A stretch of 18,436 bases of DNA from Candidatus Methylomirabilota bacterium (GTDB lineage: Bacteria; Methylomirabilota; Methylomirabilia; Rokubacteriales; CSP1-6): NCBI GenBank assembly GCA_046726415.1, contig JBKPAK010000216.1, positions 1-18,436 on the forward strand, given 5' to 3'. This document shows positions 1 to 8,072 of this stretch, piece by piece (position 1 is the stretch's first letter; every line of letters begins with the position of its first letter). The notes beneath the pieces were generated by a model. It saw only the letters and a program-made list of their open reading frames with translations, was not told the DNA's origin and did no database searches. The translations under genes were made by a program, and so were the position numbers.

Positions 1-2
1 TC

Positions 3-482
3 CCCGAGCTGACGGTTCTAGAGAATGTGCGCATTGCGATTCAGCTGAAGGGGGAAGGCAATTTCCGGGTGCTCGGCGGGCGCGGGCTGCTGGCGGCGAG
101 CGAGCGGCACGCCCGGGAAAGCCTGGAGTTCCTCGGCCTCGGCGCCCGGGCCGATGAGCCGGCCGCCACCTTGCCCCACGGCGACCAGCGGCTTCTGGAG
201 ATCGCCATGGCCGTCGCCCAGGAGCCCCAGTTGCTCCTCCTCGACGAGCCGACCCAGGGGCTCTCCGCGGAAGACACCGCGGCGACGGTCGCCGTCATCC
301 GACAGATCGCGCGCGAGCGGCGGCTCACTATCATGCTGGTCGAGCACGATATGGACGTGGTCTTCGACCTGGCCCACCGGATCAGCGTGCTGCACTTCGG
401 CCAGCTCATCGCCGATGGGCCTCCAGGGGAGATCCGCGCGAGCGCCGAAGTTCAGAAGGCCTACCTCGGTGGCGGGGAATGA
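3..482 (+). CDS. livG: Branched-chain amino acid ABC transporter ATP-binding protein, LivG-type (5' truncated by window edge)
   Basis: Frame is open from position 3 (PELTVLENVRIA). It has the signature-like LPHGDQRLLEIA, Walker B/D-loop LLLLDEPTQGL, H-loop LVEHDMDVVF and the LivG C-terminal tail EIRASAEVQKAYLG. Walker A lies outside the window. Confidence 0.92.
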   Translation, partial: PELTVLENVRIAIQLKGEGNFRVLGGRGLLAASERHARESLEFLGLGARADEPAATLPHGDQRLLEIAMAVAQEPQLLLLDEPTQGLSAEDTAATVAVIRQIARERRLTIMLVEHDMDVVFDLAHRISVLHFGQLIADGPPGEIRASAEVQKAYLGGGE

Positions 483-537
483 TCGCCACGAGGGGCCGAG
501 CGAGGCGCCCCTCATCGGCCGCACAAGGAGAGGAAAC

Positions 538-930
538 ATGTCCAACTGCAGGATGATCACGTCGGGGGCTCCCTGGCCAGAGCGCTACACGTTCTCACCC
601 GCCGTGCGTTCCGGCGATCTTCTCTTTATCTCTGGCACCACCGCTGTGGACGACGCGGGGCAGCTCGTCGGTCCCGGTGACATCGTCGCCCAGACGCGCT
701 ATATCTACGCGAAGTTCGCCAGCCTGCTCCGGGAGGCGGGCGCCGGTTTTGAACACGTCGTCCAGACGACCGAATACATCACCACCACGGAAAACTATCG
801 CGGCACGGCCGAGGTCCGGCGCGAATTCCTCCGGCCCCCGTACCCGACCGCGACCGGTGTGATCGTGAAGGGGTTACTTCGCGAGGGAGCCCTCATCGAG
901 ATCTCGGCCGTGGCCGTCCTTCCCGCGTAG
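538..930 (+). CDS. Rid (YjgF/YER057c/UK114) family protein, probably Rid6-like; lacks the catalytic Arg
   Basis: ATG at 538 follows AAGGAGAGG. 130 aa with SPAVRSGDLLFISGTTA, GDIVAQT and LIEISAVA motifs. The ORF-track start at 154 overlaps livG and is rejected. Confidence 0.88.
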   Translation: MSNCRMITSGAPWPERYTFSPAVRSGDLLFISGTTAVDDAGQLVGPGDIVAQTRYIYAKFASLLREAGAGFEHVVQTTEYITTTENYRGTAEVRREFLRPPYPTATGVIVKGLLREGALIEISAVAVLPA

Positions 931-1042
931 CCGGGGGTGGCGACGCCACGGTCAGCAAACGCTCCAGCAACCCGTGCCCCATGGCGGCCGGTGAGGGACC
1001 CCTTCGGTGAGCTCAACGCGGGATCGCGATGAAGGAGCTCAG

Positions 1043-1783
1043 ATGAGCGAGACCGCCGACGTGCTGCCGAGGGCTCAGGCGCTCCTCTCGGTCGATCGCC
1101 TGGAGACGTACTACGGCAAGAGCCATGTGTTGCGGGGCGTGTCGTTCGACGTACCACCCGGGGCGATCACCGTCCTGCTCGGGCGCAACGGCGCGGGCAA
1201 GACGACCACGCTCCGCTCGATCATGGGCCTGACGCCGCCGCGCGCCGGGAGCGTGCGCTTCAAGGGCCGCGACATCACCGGTCAGGCGCCGCACCGCGTG
1301 TTCCGACTCGGCATCGGCTACGTTCCCGAAGGCCGGCAGATCTTTCCCCACCTCGATGTCGGCGAGAATCTGAAGCTGGCCCAACGAGCGGCGAGCAACA
1401 GCTCGAGCTGGACGCTTGACCGCATCTTCGAATACTTTCCCGTCCTCCAAGAGCGCTGGAGACAGCGGGGCCGGAGCCTCTCCGGTGGAGAGCAGCAGAT
1501 GCTCGCCATCGCCCGGGCACTAGCCGGGAACCCCGAGCTCTTGATGCTCGACGAACCGTCCCAGGGGTTGGCGCCCCGACTCGTCCGCGAGCTGGAAGCC
1601 CTGATGGTGCGCCTCAAAGGCGAGGGGGTGACCTTGCTGCTGGTCGAGCAGAACGCCCGCATGGCTCTCGCCGTGAGCGACCACGTCCTCGTGCTGGGCA
1701 AGGGGCAGGTTGTGTTTTCTGGATGCGCCGCGGAGTTCCGCCGCCGCGAAGCCGAGCTCAAGGGCCGCTACCTGTCAGTGTAG
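1043..1783 (+). CDS. livF: Branched-chain amino acid ABC transporter ATP-binding protein, LivF-type
   Basis: AAGGAG precedes the ATG at 1043. Walker A GRNGAGKTT, GYVPEGRQIF, signature LSGGEQQMLAIARAL, Walker B LLMLDEPSQGLAP and the LivF-typical LLVEQN. Confidence 0.93.
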   Translation: MSETADVLPRAQALLSVDRLETYYGKSHVLRGVSFDVPPGAITVLLGRNGAGKTTTLRSIMGLTPPRAGSVRFKGRDITGQAPHRVFRLGIGYVPEGRQIFPHLDVGENLKLAQRAASNSSSWTLDRIFEYFPVLQERWRQRGRSLSGGEQQMLAIARALAGNPELLMLDEPSQGLAPRLVRELEALMVRLKGEGVTLLLVEQNARMALAVSDHVLVLGKGQVVFSGCAAEFRRREAELKGRYLSV

Positions 1784-1841
1784 GCGAGGCCGTTACCTGT
1801 CAGTGTAGGCGAGGCCGTTACCTGTCAGTGTAGGCGAGGCC
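1763..1841. repeat. Tandem repeat, about 3 copies of the 25-bp unit TACCTGTCAGTGTAGGCGAGGCCGT
   Basis: Exact copies at 1769-1793 and 1794-1818, a 23-nt third copy at 1819-1841, and GGCCG at 1763-1767. There are no spacers. The first copy contains the livF TAG. Confidence 0.97.
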
Positions 1842-1858
1842 TCACGCGTGGAGCATCG

Positions 1859-2293
1859 CTAGTTCATCAATCCGACCTGGCGCAATACGCTCGCCTGGTC
1901 CCAGTAGATCCTCTCGCACGCGAGCTTGCCGTCGCGAAACTGGACCACGATCACGAAATCGGCCTGGACCACCCGGTTAGTCGCGGGCACCCCGGGCAGG
2001 AACCAGTCCATCCGGTTCTTGTGCGTGAAGCGCAGGTGCGCTTCTTCGACCAGCTGGTCCTGCCCGCAGACCCGGTTGAACGTGGTCAGCTGGAGGTCGT
2101 CCGGCCACGAGCCGATGAACACGTCGCGGTAGAACGCGCGCAGCTGCGCCTTGCCGGTGCCGCCAGTGCTGACCGGCACGTGGTTGACGGAGGCGTCCTC
2201 GACCATGGTGGCCAGAGTCGCCTCGACGTCCTTGGTCACGAACTCGTGGCGGATGTGCTCGGCCCACAGTGTTTCCATGTCGTGCTGGGTCAT
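1859..2293 (-). CDS. SnoaL-like/ester cyclase (NTF2-fold) protein
   Basis: GGGGAGGAG SD precedes the ATG at 2293. 144 aa with LWAEHIRHEFVTKDVEATLATM, VNHVP, MDWFLPGVPATNR and ERIYWDQASVLRQVGL, typical of the SnoaL-like domain often fused to dienelactone hydrolases. Confidence 0.85.
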   Translation of the reverse strand: MTQHDMETLWAEHIRHEFVTKDVEATLATMVEDASVNHVPVSTGGTGKAQLRAFYRDVFIGSWPDDLQLTTFNRVCGQDQLVEEAHLRFTHKNRMDWFLPGVPATNRVVQADFVIVVQFRDGKLACERIYWDQASVLRQVGLMN

Positions 2294-2332
2294 GGCAAGC
2301 TCCTCCCCTTGATCTGCAGGCCATCCTGGCCC

Positions 2333-2353
2333 GCGCGCCGTGGAACGGCGCGC
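2333..2353. other. Perfect 9-bp hairpin between the VOC and SnoaL genes
   Basis: GCGCGCCGT-GGA-ACGGCGCGC lies directly after the VOC stop. It has no U-tract, so it is more likely an mRNA-stabilising or pause hairpin than an intrinsic terminator. Confidence 0.5.
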
Positions 2354-2814
2354 TAGCCGTGGGCGGAAGCCGCGCGCCGCTTCAGCTCTTCGGGCGAGAG
2401 GTCCTCCTTGTGCGTGGACAGGTGCCACACGTGTCCGAACGGGTCGGTCACGCTGCCGGATCGATCGCCATAGAATTTGTCCTCCACGGGCCGCTGCACG
2501 CGTGCCCCGGCCGCCACCGCCTGCTTGAACGTGGCGTCCACGTCCTCGACATAGAGGACAATGCTCACCGGCGTGCCGCCGAACGCTTGCGGGCTACGCG
2601 CATCCATCTCGGGAGCTTCATCGGACAGCATGATCGGCGAATCGCCGATCTTGATCTCGGCATGGCCCACCTTGCCCCCGGGGGCGGCGAAGCGCATCAG
2701 CTCAGTGGCGCCAAAAGCGCGCTTGTAAAAGTCGAGCGCCCGAGTCCCATCATTGACGATCAGATACGGGGTGACACTGTGGTAGCCGTCGGGAACTGGC
2801 TTCACCGTTGCCAT
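2353..2814 (-). CDS. VOC family protein (glyoxalase/bleomycin resistance, PhnB-like)
   Basis: GGAGG precedes the ATG at 2814. 153 aa with KPVPDGYHSVTPYL, ALDFYKRAFGA, HAEIKIGDS and DKFYGDRSGSVTDPFGHVWHL. Confidence 0.92.
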   Translation of the reverse strand: MATVKPVPDGYHSVTPYLIVNDGTRALDFYKRAFGATELMRFAAPGGKVGHAEIKIGDSPIMLSDEAPEMDARSPQAFGGTPVSIVLYVEDVDATFKQAVAAGARVQRPVEDKFYGDRSGSVTDPFGHVWHLSTHKEDLSPEELKRRAASAHG

Positions 2815-2924
2815 CTTGGCCCTCCGTGTTTCTCGAATCAGCTTCCACTCTACCCAAGATCGAAGGAGGCGGCACGGGAAGCACGCCCACTCGCCCGATG
2901 ATGAGTCACATCCATCGCCTGACA

Positions 2925-2954
2925 TTGACCGGCCTGCCCGGCGACCCATACCAT
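2925..2954 (+). promoter_or_regulatory. Putative sigma70 promoter of the Uma2 gene (probably leaderless)
   Basis: TTGACC (2925-2930), 18 bp, TACCAT (2949-2954). The predicted start site falls at about the ATG at 2960, and no SD is present. Confidence 0.5.
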
Positions 2955-2959
2955 TTGTG

Positions 2960-3541
2960 ATGATGACGACGCACCCAGTGCGGACCCGCCGCTGGACCAG
3001 GGCCGAGTACGAGAAGCTCATCGAGCTCGGTGTTTTTCAGCCCGGCGAGGCGATCGAGCTCATCGGGGGAGAGCTCATGGTCGCCGAGCCTCAGGGTGCC
3101 GCGCACTACACGGCCATCCTGAAGGCCGCGCGGGCGATCGAGATAGCCTTCGGTCCAGGCTGGGTCGTGCGCACCCAGGGGCCCATCGGGCTTGATGACG
3201 AGTCCGAGCCTGAGCCCGATGTCGCAGTCGTCCCCGGCCGCCTGGACGACTATCGCTGCATCCACCCGTCCAGCTCCGTTCTCACCCTCGAGGTGTCCGA
3301 CTCGAGCCTGGGCATCGATCGGGAACGCAAGGGTAGCCTCTACGCCAGGGCGGGCCTGCCCGATTACTGGGTGCTCAATCTGATCGACGGGGTGCTCGAG
3401 GTGTACCGCGAGCCAGCCGTGGAGGCCGAGGCGCCCTTCGGCTGGCGCTACGCACGGCGCGAGACAATCGCCCCTTCGGGGCATGTCGGGCCGCTGGCCG
3501 CCCTGAGCGCCATGATCGCCGTCGCGGACCTTCTACCCTGA
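2960..3541 (+). CDS. Uma2 family (DUF820) PD-(D/E)XK putative endonuclease
   Basis: RRWTRAEYEKL, IELIGGEL, EPEPDVAVV, LEVSDSS and YARAGLPDYWVLNL are Uma2 hallmarks. The start could be 2957, 2960 or 2963. Confidence 0.9.
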   Translation: MMTTHPVRTRRWTRAEYEKLIELGVFQPGEAIELIGGELMVAEPQGAAHYTAILKAARAIEIAFGPGWVVRTQGPIGLDDESEPEPDVAVVPGRLDDYRCIHPSSSVLTLEVSDSSLGIDRERKGSLYARAGLPDYWVLNLIDGVLEVYREPAVEAEAPFGWRYARRETIAPSGHVGPLAALSAMIAVADLLP

Positions 3542-4882
3542 CGTCGCGCTAGCGGGACGCGGGAAACCAGCAGCCTGCGCGCGCCTGAGGAAGGCCCGAT
3601 TGATCTTGCTATGGGGCCTGAGGGCGAGGCGCTCGTGCGCGAGCGCCGCAGCCAGGGCCGTGAGACCACCGCGCAACGCCGCCTCGGTCAGCGTCCAGTC
3701 GATGACATCGCGTTGCGCATGGCTCCCTCCGAACTGGTTCACGATCGATCGGGCGGCGTGCAATCCCTCCGCACATGCTCGATAGTCGCCGCGCCAGAAG
3801 GCCCGGAAGCCCCGGATCAACCGCACACCGATCGCGCGGGCCCAGATGGCGGTATCCACGTCACCGGTCGCGCCCCACTCGAGAGCCGCGAGCTCGCGGT
3901 CGATCTCTTCCTCCCGCCCGTCCCCGAGATAGGCCATGACCGCGTGCCAGTCGTTGAAGGGGTAGAGGCGGCCATCGGCGTGCTGATCCCAGCATTGCGC
4001 CAGCTCCTTCCACCGATCACCCACGTCATGGCCGGTCAGGTGCAGCCGCCAGAGAAGGGCGGAGGCATCGACCAGATCGAGTGCGATCGCGCTGCGGCTT
4101 CCACGGATGGGCCCGTCGTACAGGCGAAGAACGTCGTCGAGCTGACCCAGGTCGAGGTGGTAGAGGGCCCGATGCCACCAGTTGTGGATCTTGAAGAAGT
4201 TGTCCTCGCGGGCCCAGTAGAGCTCGCGGGCCATCATCCACCCGATGCCGTCCTCGACGCGCCCCTGCATCTCCATGACGTGGGCGACCGCGTGGTGGGC
4301 CCAGCAGTCGAGTGGCTCGGCATCGATCGCCTCGCGACCGATCGCCTCGGCCTTTGCGTAGTCTCCATTTTCCTCGAGGCCGAAGGCGTACATGCCGAGC
4401 ACGATGCTGTGTCCGGGTATTGAGGCTGACCACCGGGGCAAGGCACGGGCCAGACGATCGCGCAGGTCGCGCGCGCCGGCGCGGTAAAAATCCATCAAGT
4501 GCCCGGTCTGGAGCGCGAGGAGGTCGCGCGGATAGCGGACGTTGTGGAGGTGCATCGTCACCGCCGCCCCCGTCCAGTTGCCCACCAAGAGCTGATCGAG
4601 GACCGCGAAGTGCGACGCTTCCCGATTGTCCATCTCGAGGCCGCGTGCGCTTTCGACAATCTGGGCCGCCTGCTCCGTTGACTGTGGCTCGGTGGCGAGG
4701 CCGAAGAGATACGCCTTGAGAACGTGCGCCATGACGAACGTGGGCGCCGCGGCGAGCGCCCGGTCCACCGTCGCCACGGGATCAGCGCGGTAGAGGTTGA
4801 ACTCGCTCACCGCCTGGTCGAAGTGGGAGGTGGCTTCTGACGTCGCACCGGACAGGCGATTGCCCTGACGATCACTGTTCAT
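3533..4882 (-). CDS. Tetratricopeptide repeat protein, TTC38 family
   Basis: GGAG precedes the ATG at 4882. 449 aa with YAFGLEENG, DCWAHHAVAHVMEMQG, HNWWHRAL, DASALLWRL, FNDWHA and GGSHAQRDV, characteristic of TTC38 homologues. It overlaps the Uma2 3' end by 9 bp. Confidence 0.88.
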   Translation of the reverse strand: MNSDRQGNRLSGATSEATSHFDQAVSEFNLYRADPVATVDRALAAAPTFVMAHVLKAYLFGLATEPQSTEQAAQIVESARGLEMDNREASHFAVLDQLLVGNWTGAAVTMHLHNVRYPRDLLALQTGHLMDFYRAGARDLRDRLARALPRWSASIPGHSIVLGMYAFGLEENGDYAKAEAIGREAIDAEPLDCWAHHAVAHVMEMQGRVEDGIGWMMARELYWAREDNFFKIHNWWHRALYHLDLGQLDDVLRLYDGPIRGSRSAIALDLVDASALLWRLHLTGHDVGDRWKELAQCWDQHADGRLYPFNDWHAVMAYLGDGREEEIDRELAALEWGATGDVDTAIWARAIGVRLIRGFRAFWRGDYRACAEGLHAARSIVNQFGGSHAQRDVIDWTLTEAALRGGLTALAAALAHERLALRPHSKINRAFLRRAQAAGFPRPASATSG

Positions 4883-4930
4883 CACTCTGCTCCGTGCCGG
4901 CCCGGTGGCTGCTGTAGGATGACGTCCCAT

Positions 4931-4988
4931 AGCGCGTCGGCAGAGCCGGGGCGCGACGAGCGCGGGGGGGCATGTCGAGGCCCCCCAT
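4931..4988. repeat. GC-rich palindromic intergenic element (REP-like), copy A
   Basis: Hairpin GGGGGGC-ATGTCGAG-GCCCCCC (4965-4986) plus CGGC-AGA-GCCG. On the minus strand it reads ATGGGGGGCC...CCCC GCGCTCGTCG, which is shared with 8843-8887. Confidence 0.5.
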
Positions 4989-5013
4989 GTTATGAGTTCG
5001 ACAAAGGGGTGCC

Positions 5014-5997
5014 ATGGAGCGCCTGCAGCCGGTTGACCAGCTCATCGTCGATATCGTGGTCGACAACCTCAGCGATAGCTACTCCAGCAAACCCGGGCAC
5101 GTCTCTCCAGAGTTTCACAACGTGGTGGCGGCGGGCGCCAAAGAGCTCTCCGGCCGCTCGCTGTGCTGTGCGCAGCTCGGCCTGTCCCTCATCCTGAGCG
5201 TCTCCGTTGGTCATCGCCGGCACACGCTGCTGTTCGATGCCGGTCCAGAAGGCGCCATCTTTCTGCGGAATTGCGCGAACCTCGGGGTGCCGCTGGCCAA
5301 CGTGGAGGCCATCGCCATCTCGCATGGACACTGGGATCATATGGGCGCGTTGCTGGACGCCCTCGACCATATCACCCAGCATGGCGCGGTCGACCGCATA
5401 CCCTGTCATGTGAACCCCGGAATGTTTCTGGAGCGGGCCGCGCGGCTGGGAGAGGATCGGATCGTGGCCTTCGAGCGCGTGCCTACGCCCGAGGAGCTCA
5501 CGGCCCGCGGGGCCGCGGTGATGAACAGTGGCGAGGCACGCTGGCTGCTCGACGGCTGCTTTTACCTGAGTGGTGAGATTCCCAGGGTGTCGAGCTTCGA
5601 AAAAGGCCGCCCGGATCACCTCTGCCGGCGCGCCGCCGATCGGCCGTGGGAACCCGACCCTCTGATCATGGACGAGCGTTACCTGGCCGTTCACGTGCGA
5701 GAGAAGGGGATCATCGTGTTCAGCTCGTGCTCCCATGCCGGGGTCGTCAACGTCTTGGGCAATGCGCGCGAGGTCTTCCCCGGTCTTCCGCTGTACGGAG
5801 TGCTCGGTGGGCTGCATCTTTCGGGGGCAGCCATGGAGCCACTGATTCCCGAGACCATCGCCCATCTGCGGCCCTTCGAGCTCCGTCAGATTGTGCCCGC
5901 GCACTGCACGGGATGGCGCGCCCTGCACGCCCTCTTGAACGCGTTCGGCGAGGCGGTGGTCACGCCGTGTGCGGTGGGCAGCCGATTCACATTCTGA
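5014..5997 (+). CDS. MBL-fold metallo-hydrolase, DHPS-like group
   Basis: LLFDAG, metal motif SHGHWDHMG, CSHAGVVN, GGLHL and PAHCTG. AAAGGGG lies upstream of the ATG. Confidence 0.88.
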   Translation: MERLQPVDQLIVDIVVDNLSDSYSSKPGHVSPEFHNVVAAGAKELSGRSLCCAQLGLSLILSVSVGHRRHTLLFDAGPEGAIFLRNCANLGVPLANVEAIAISHGHWDHMGALLDALDHITQHGAVDRIPCHVNPGMFLERAARLGEDRIVAFERVPTPEELTARGAAVMNSGEARWLLDGCFYLSGEIPRVSSFEKGRPDHLCRRAADRPWEPDPLIMDERYLAVHVREKGIIVFSSCSHAGVVNVLGNAREVFPGLPLYGVLGGLHLSGAAMEPLIPETIAHLRPFELRQIVPAHCTGWRALHALLNAFGEAVVTPCAVGSRFTF

Positions 5998-6011
5998 ACT
6001 CCGACATGCAC

Positions 6012-8063
6012 CTACCGGGTCACCAGGCCGCCCGGGATTGGCGGCATCGCCAGGCGGTGGATTGAGACCGTGTCCGACGCTTCGATGCCGAGGATGCGGC
6101 GACCGAGGGTGTCGAGCGCAATCCGGCCTGCGGGCGCGGTGGGCTCGACTCTCACCCAGGCGCGGAGCGGAGCGGGATGGCGTCCGCGGATCTCGACGAG
6201 GTCGTCGGTGGCCACGTCGAGCTCCTGGGCCAGCGCCGGCTCCAATCTCAGGACGCGATGTGTGCCGCGCCCGCCTTCGTATGCGCAGCGGTCGTCGGCG
6301 TCGACCGGAATGCGCCGCCTCCCCGCGGCGAGCGCCGCGCGCTGCGCGCGCGTGGCGTCGAGGTTGACCTCGCCGGCCGTCGTGAGCACCACGCCGTATC
6401 CCTCACGAGCGCGCTGAGGCGATACGTAGCCGGCCAGCACGTCGCGCCGGACCGTCTTCGGATCGCGGGCAAGGGGATCGCCGAAGCCCCCGCCACCCGC
6501 CGACTGCATGACGACGGTGTCGTCAGCACCCATCGGGTGGCCGGTCACCTTGCCGGGTGTCGGCAGCTCCTTCTCAGCGCCGTCGCGGACGATCGAGACC
6601 TTCACCGGCGCCGCCGGGCCGGCGCCGCCGACCCCGAATGGCGGGAGCACGGCTCGGTCGCTCAACACGGAGTAACGCGCCTCGCCCGCGAGTAGCCGTA
6701 GCTCGCGTCGGAAGCCCAGTCCGCCGCGCGTGGCGCCCTCTCCTCCGGAATCGATGCGCAACTCGCTCCGCTCCACGAGGAGCGGCATGCCGCTCTCCAA
6801 GGCCTCGGCGGACTGGATGGTCCGCACGTTGCCGAAGTCGATGTTCCCCCAGGCGCTCGAGCCGTCGTCCTCGCGAAAGGCACCGTTGCCGCCGGCCGGC
6901 GCCTCGTAGTACACGAAGTCGCGTTGCCGTCCCTCGTCGCGGCCGCCCATGGCGTTCGGAAACGACGTGCCGCAGAGGTCGCCGGAGACCAGATCGGGAA
7001 CGATCTGCGCGAGGGCGCCCAGCATCACCGAGACTGCGCGCTTGCGGACCTCGCCGTGGGCACCGGCGGGCGCGTCGAGCGTCACGTCGACGATCGAGCC
7101 CTCGGGCGCCTGGAGGTGGATGGGCCGAAAGGTGCCGTGGTTGATGGGACCTTCGGGATCGAGCACCGCCTTGACCGCGACCAGGATGCCCGCGCCCGTC
7201 GTGGCCAGCGTGGAATTGACGACGCCTGGCACCTGGGGGCTCGATCCGGCGAAGTCCGCCACGATCGCGTCCCCCTTCTTCTTGAGCGTCAGGCGCATGA
7301 GGACGGGATCGAACCGGCCGTCCTGGTAGTACTCGAGATAGTCCTCGTAGACGTACTCGCCGTCGGGCAGCGCGGCGATGCGCGACCGCAGCCGCCGCTC
7401 GGAGCGATCGAGGTTCAGCGCGATGCAGTCGAGCACGGTCTTGCGCCCGTACCGTGCGAGCAACGCGCGGATGCGCGTCTCGGCCACCCGGCAGGCACCG
7501 AGCGAGGCATTGAAGTCGCCCTGCCGATCGTCGGGGAGGCGCATGTTGCTGAGGAGCAGGGCCATGGCGGCGCGGTTGAGTCGGCCTTGCTCGATGATCT
7601 TGATCGGTGGGATGCGCACGCCTTCCTGGTAGATGTTGGTGTTGAGTCCGGAGTAGCTGCCGGGGGCCCCCCCGCCCACGTCAGCCCAGTGCGCGCGGAC
7701 CGCGGGGAAGATGAGCAGCTCGCCTTCGTCGAACAACGGGCAGAGCATCGTCACATCGTTCAGGTGCGTCCCGCCGCGATAGGCGTCGTTCAAGAGAATG
7801 ACGTCGCCGGGACGGAGGTCGCCCGCGAAGTCTGCCATGGCGCAGCGGACCGACCATGGCATCGGCAGCACGTGGCCCGGATGATCCTCGGACTGCGCGA
7901 TCATCTGTCCCTGGGGGTCGAACAGCGCGCAGGAAAAGTCGTCCATGTCCCAGATCACGGGGGAGTACGAGGCGCGAATCACCGTGGCCCGCATCTCGCG
8001 GACGATGGCGATGAGGCCCTCGCAGATGACCTCCAGCGTGATGGGATCGACGTCACTCGTCAT
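6012..8063 (-). CDS. Hydantoinase B/oxoprolinase family protein with a C-terminal CDC48-N-like domain
   Basis: DPITLEV, DFSCALFD, GDVILLNDAYRGGTHLNDV, HWADVGG, QEGVRIPP, SGGEGATRGGLG and GGGGFGDP, followed by about 100 extra residues. Confidence 0.92.
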   Translation of the reverse strand: MTSDVDPITLEVICEGLIAIVREMRATVIRASYSPVIWDMDDFSCALFDPQGQMIAQSEDHPGHVLPMPWSVRCAMADFAGDLRPGDVILLNDAYRGGTHLNDVTMLCPLFDEGELLIFPAVRAHWADVGGGAPGSYSGLNTNIYQEGVRIPPIKIIEQGRLNRAAMALLLSNMRLPDDRQGDFNASLGACRVAETRIRALLARYGRKTVLDCIALNLDRSERRLRSRIAALPDGEYVYEDYLEYYQDGRFDPVLMRLTLKKKGDAIVADFAGSSPQVPGVVNSTLATTGAGILVAVKAVLDPEGPINHGTFRPIHLQAPEGSIVDVTLDAPAGAHGEVRKRAVSVMLGALAQIVPDLVSGDLCGTSFPNAMGGRDEGRQRDFVYYEAPAGGNGAFREDDGSSAWGNIDFGNVRTIQSAEALESGMPLLVERSELRIDSGGEGATRGGLGFRRELRLLAGEARYSVLSDRAVLPPFGVGGAGPAAPVKVSIVRDGAEKELPTPGKVTGHPMGADDTVVMQSAGGGGFGDPLARDPKTVRRDVLAGYVSPQRAREGYGVVLTTAGEVNLDATRAQRAALAAGRRRIPVDADDRCAYEGGRGTHRVLRLEPALAQELDVATDDLVEIRGRHPAPLRAWVRVEPTAPAGRIALDTLGRRILGIEASDTVSIHRLAMPPIPGGLVTR

Positions 8064-8072
8064 GGAGGTTCG

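Noticed and set aside
154..537. Extended N-termini from the ORF track (starts at 154, 1007, 2428, 2816, 3021, 4930, 12801, 15777)
   Set aside because: They overlap neighbouring genes or lack homology-like sequence. Downstream starts have an SD, an ATGA overlap or a family-typical N-terminus.
1763..1841. CRISPR array
   Set aside because: The repeats are directly adjacent with no spacers, include coding sequence, and there are no cas genes.
2960..3541. Uma2 gene as an anti-phage or restriction-modification system
   Set aside because: It is a solitary member of a commonly expanded family, with no adjacent DNA methylase or defence genes.
5014..5997. Metallo-beta-lactamase resistance gene
   Set aside because: There is no signal peptide, and the motifs (CSHAG, GGLHL, PAHCTG) fit the cytoplasmic DHPS-like MBL-fold group.
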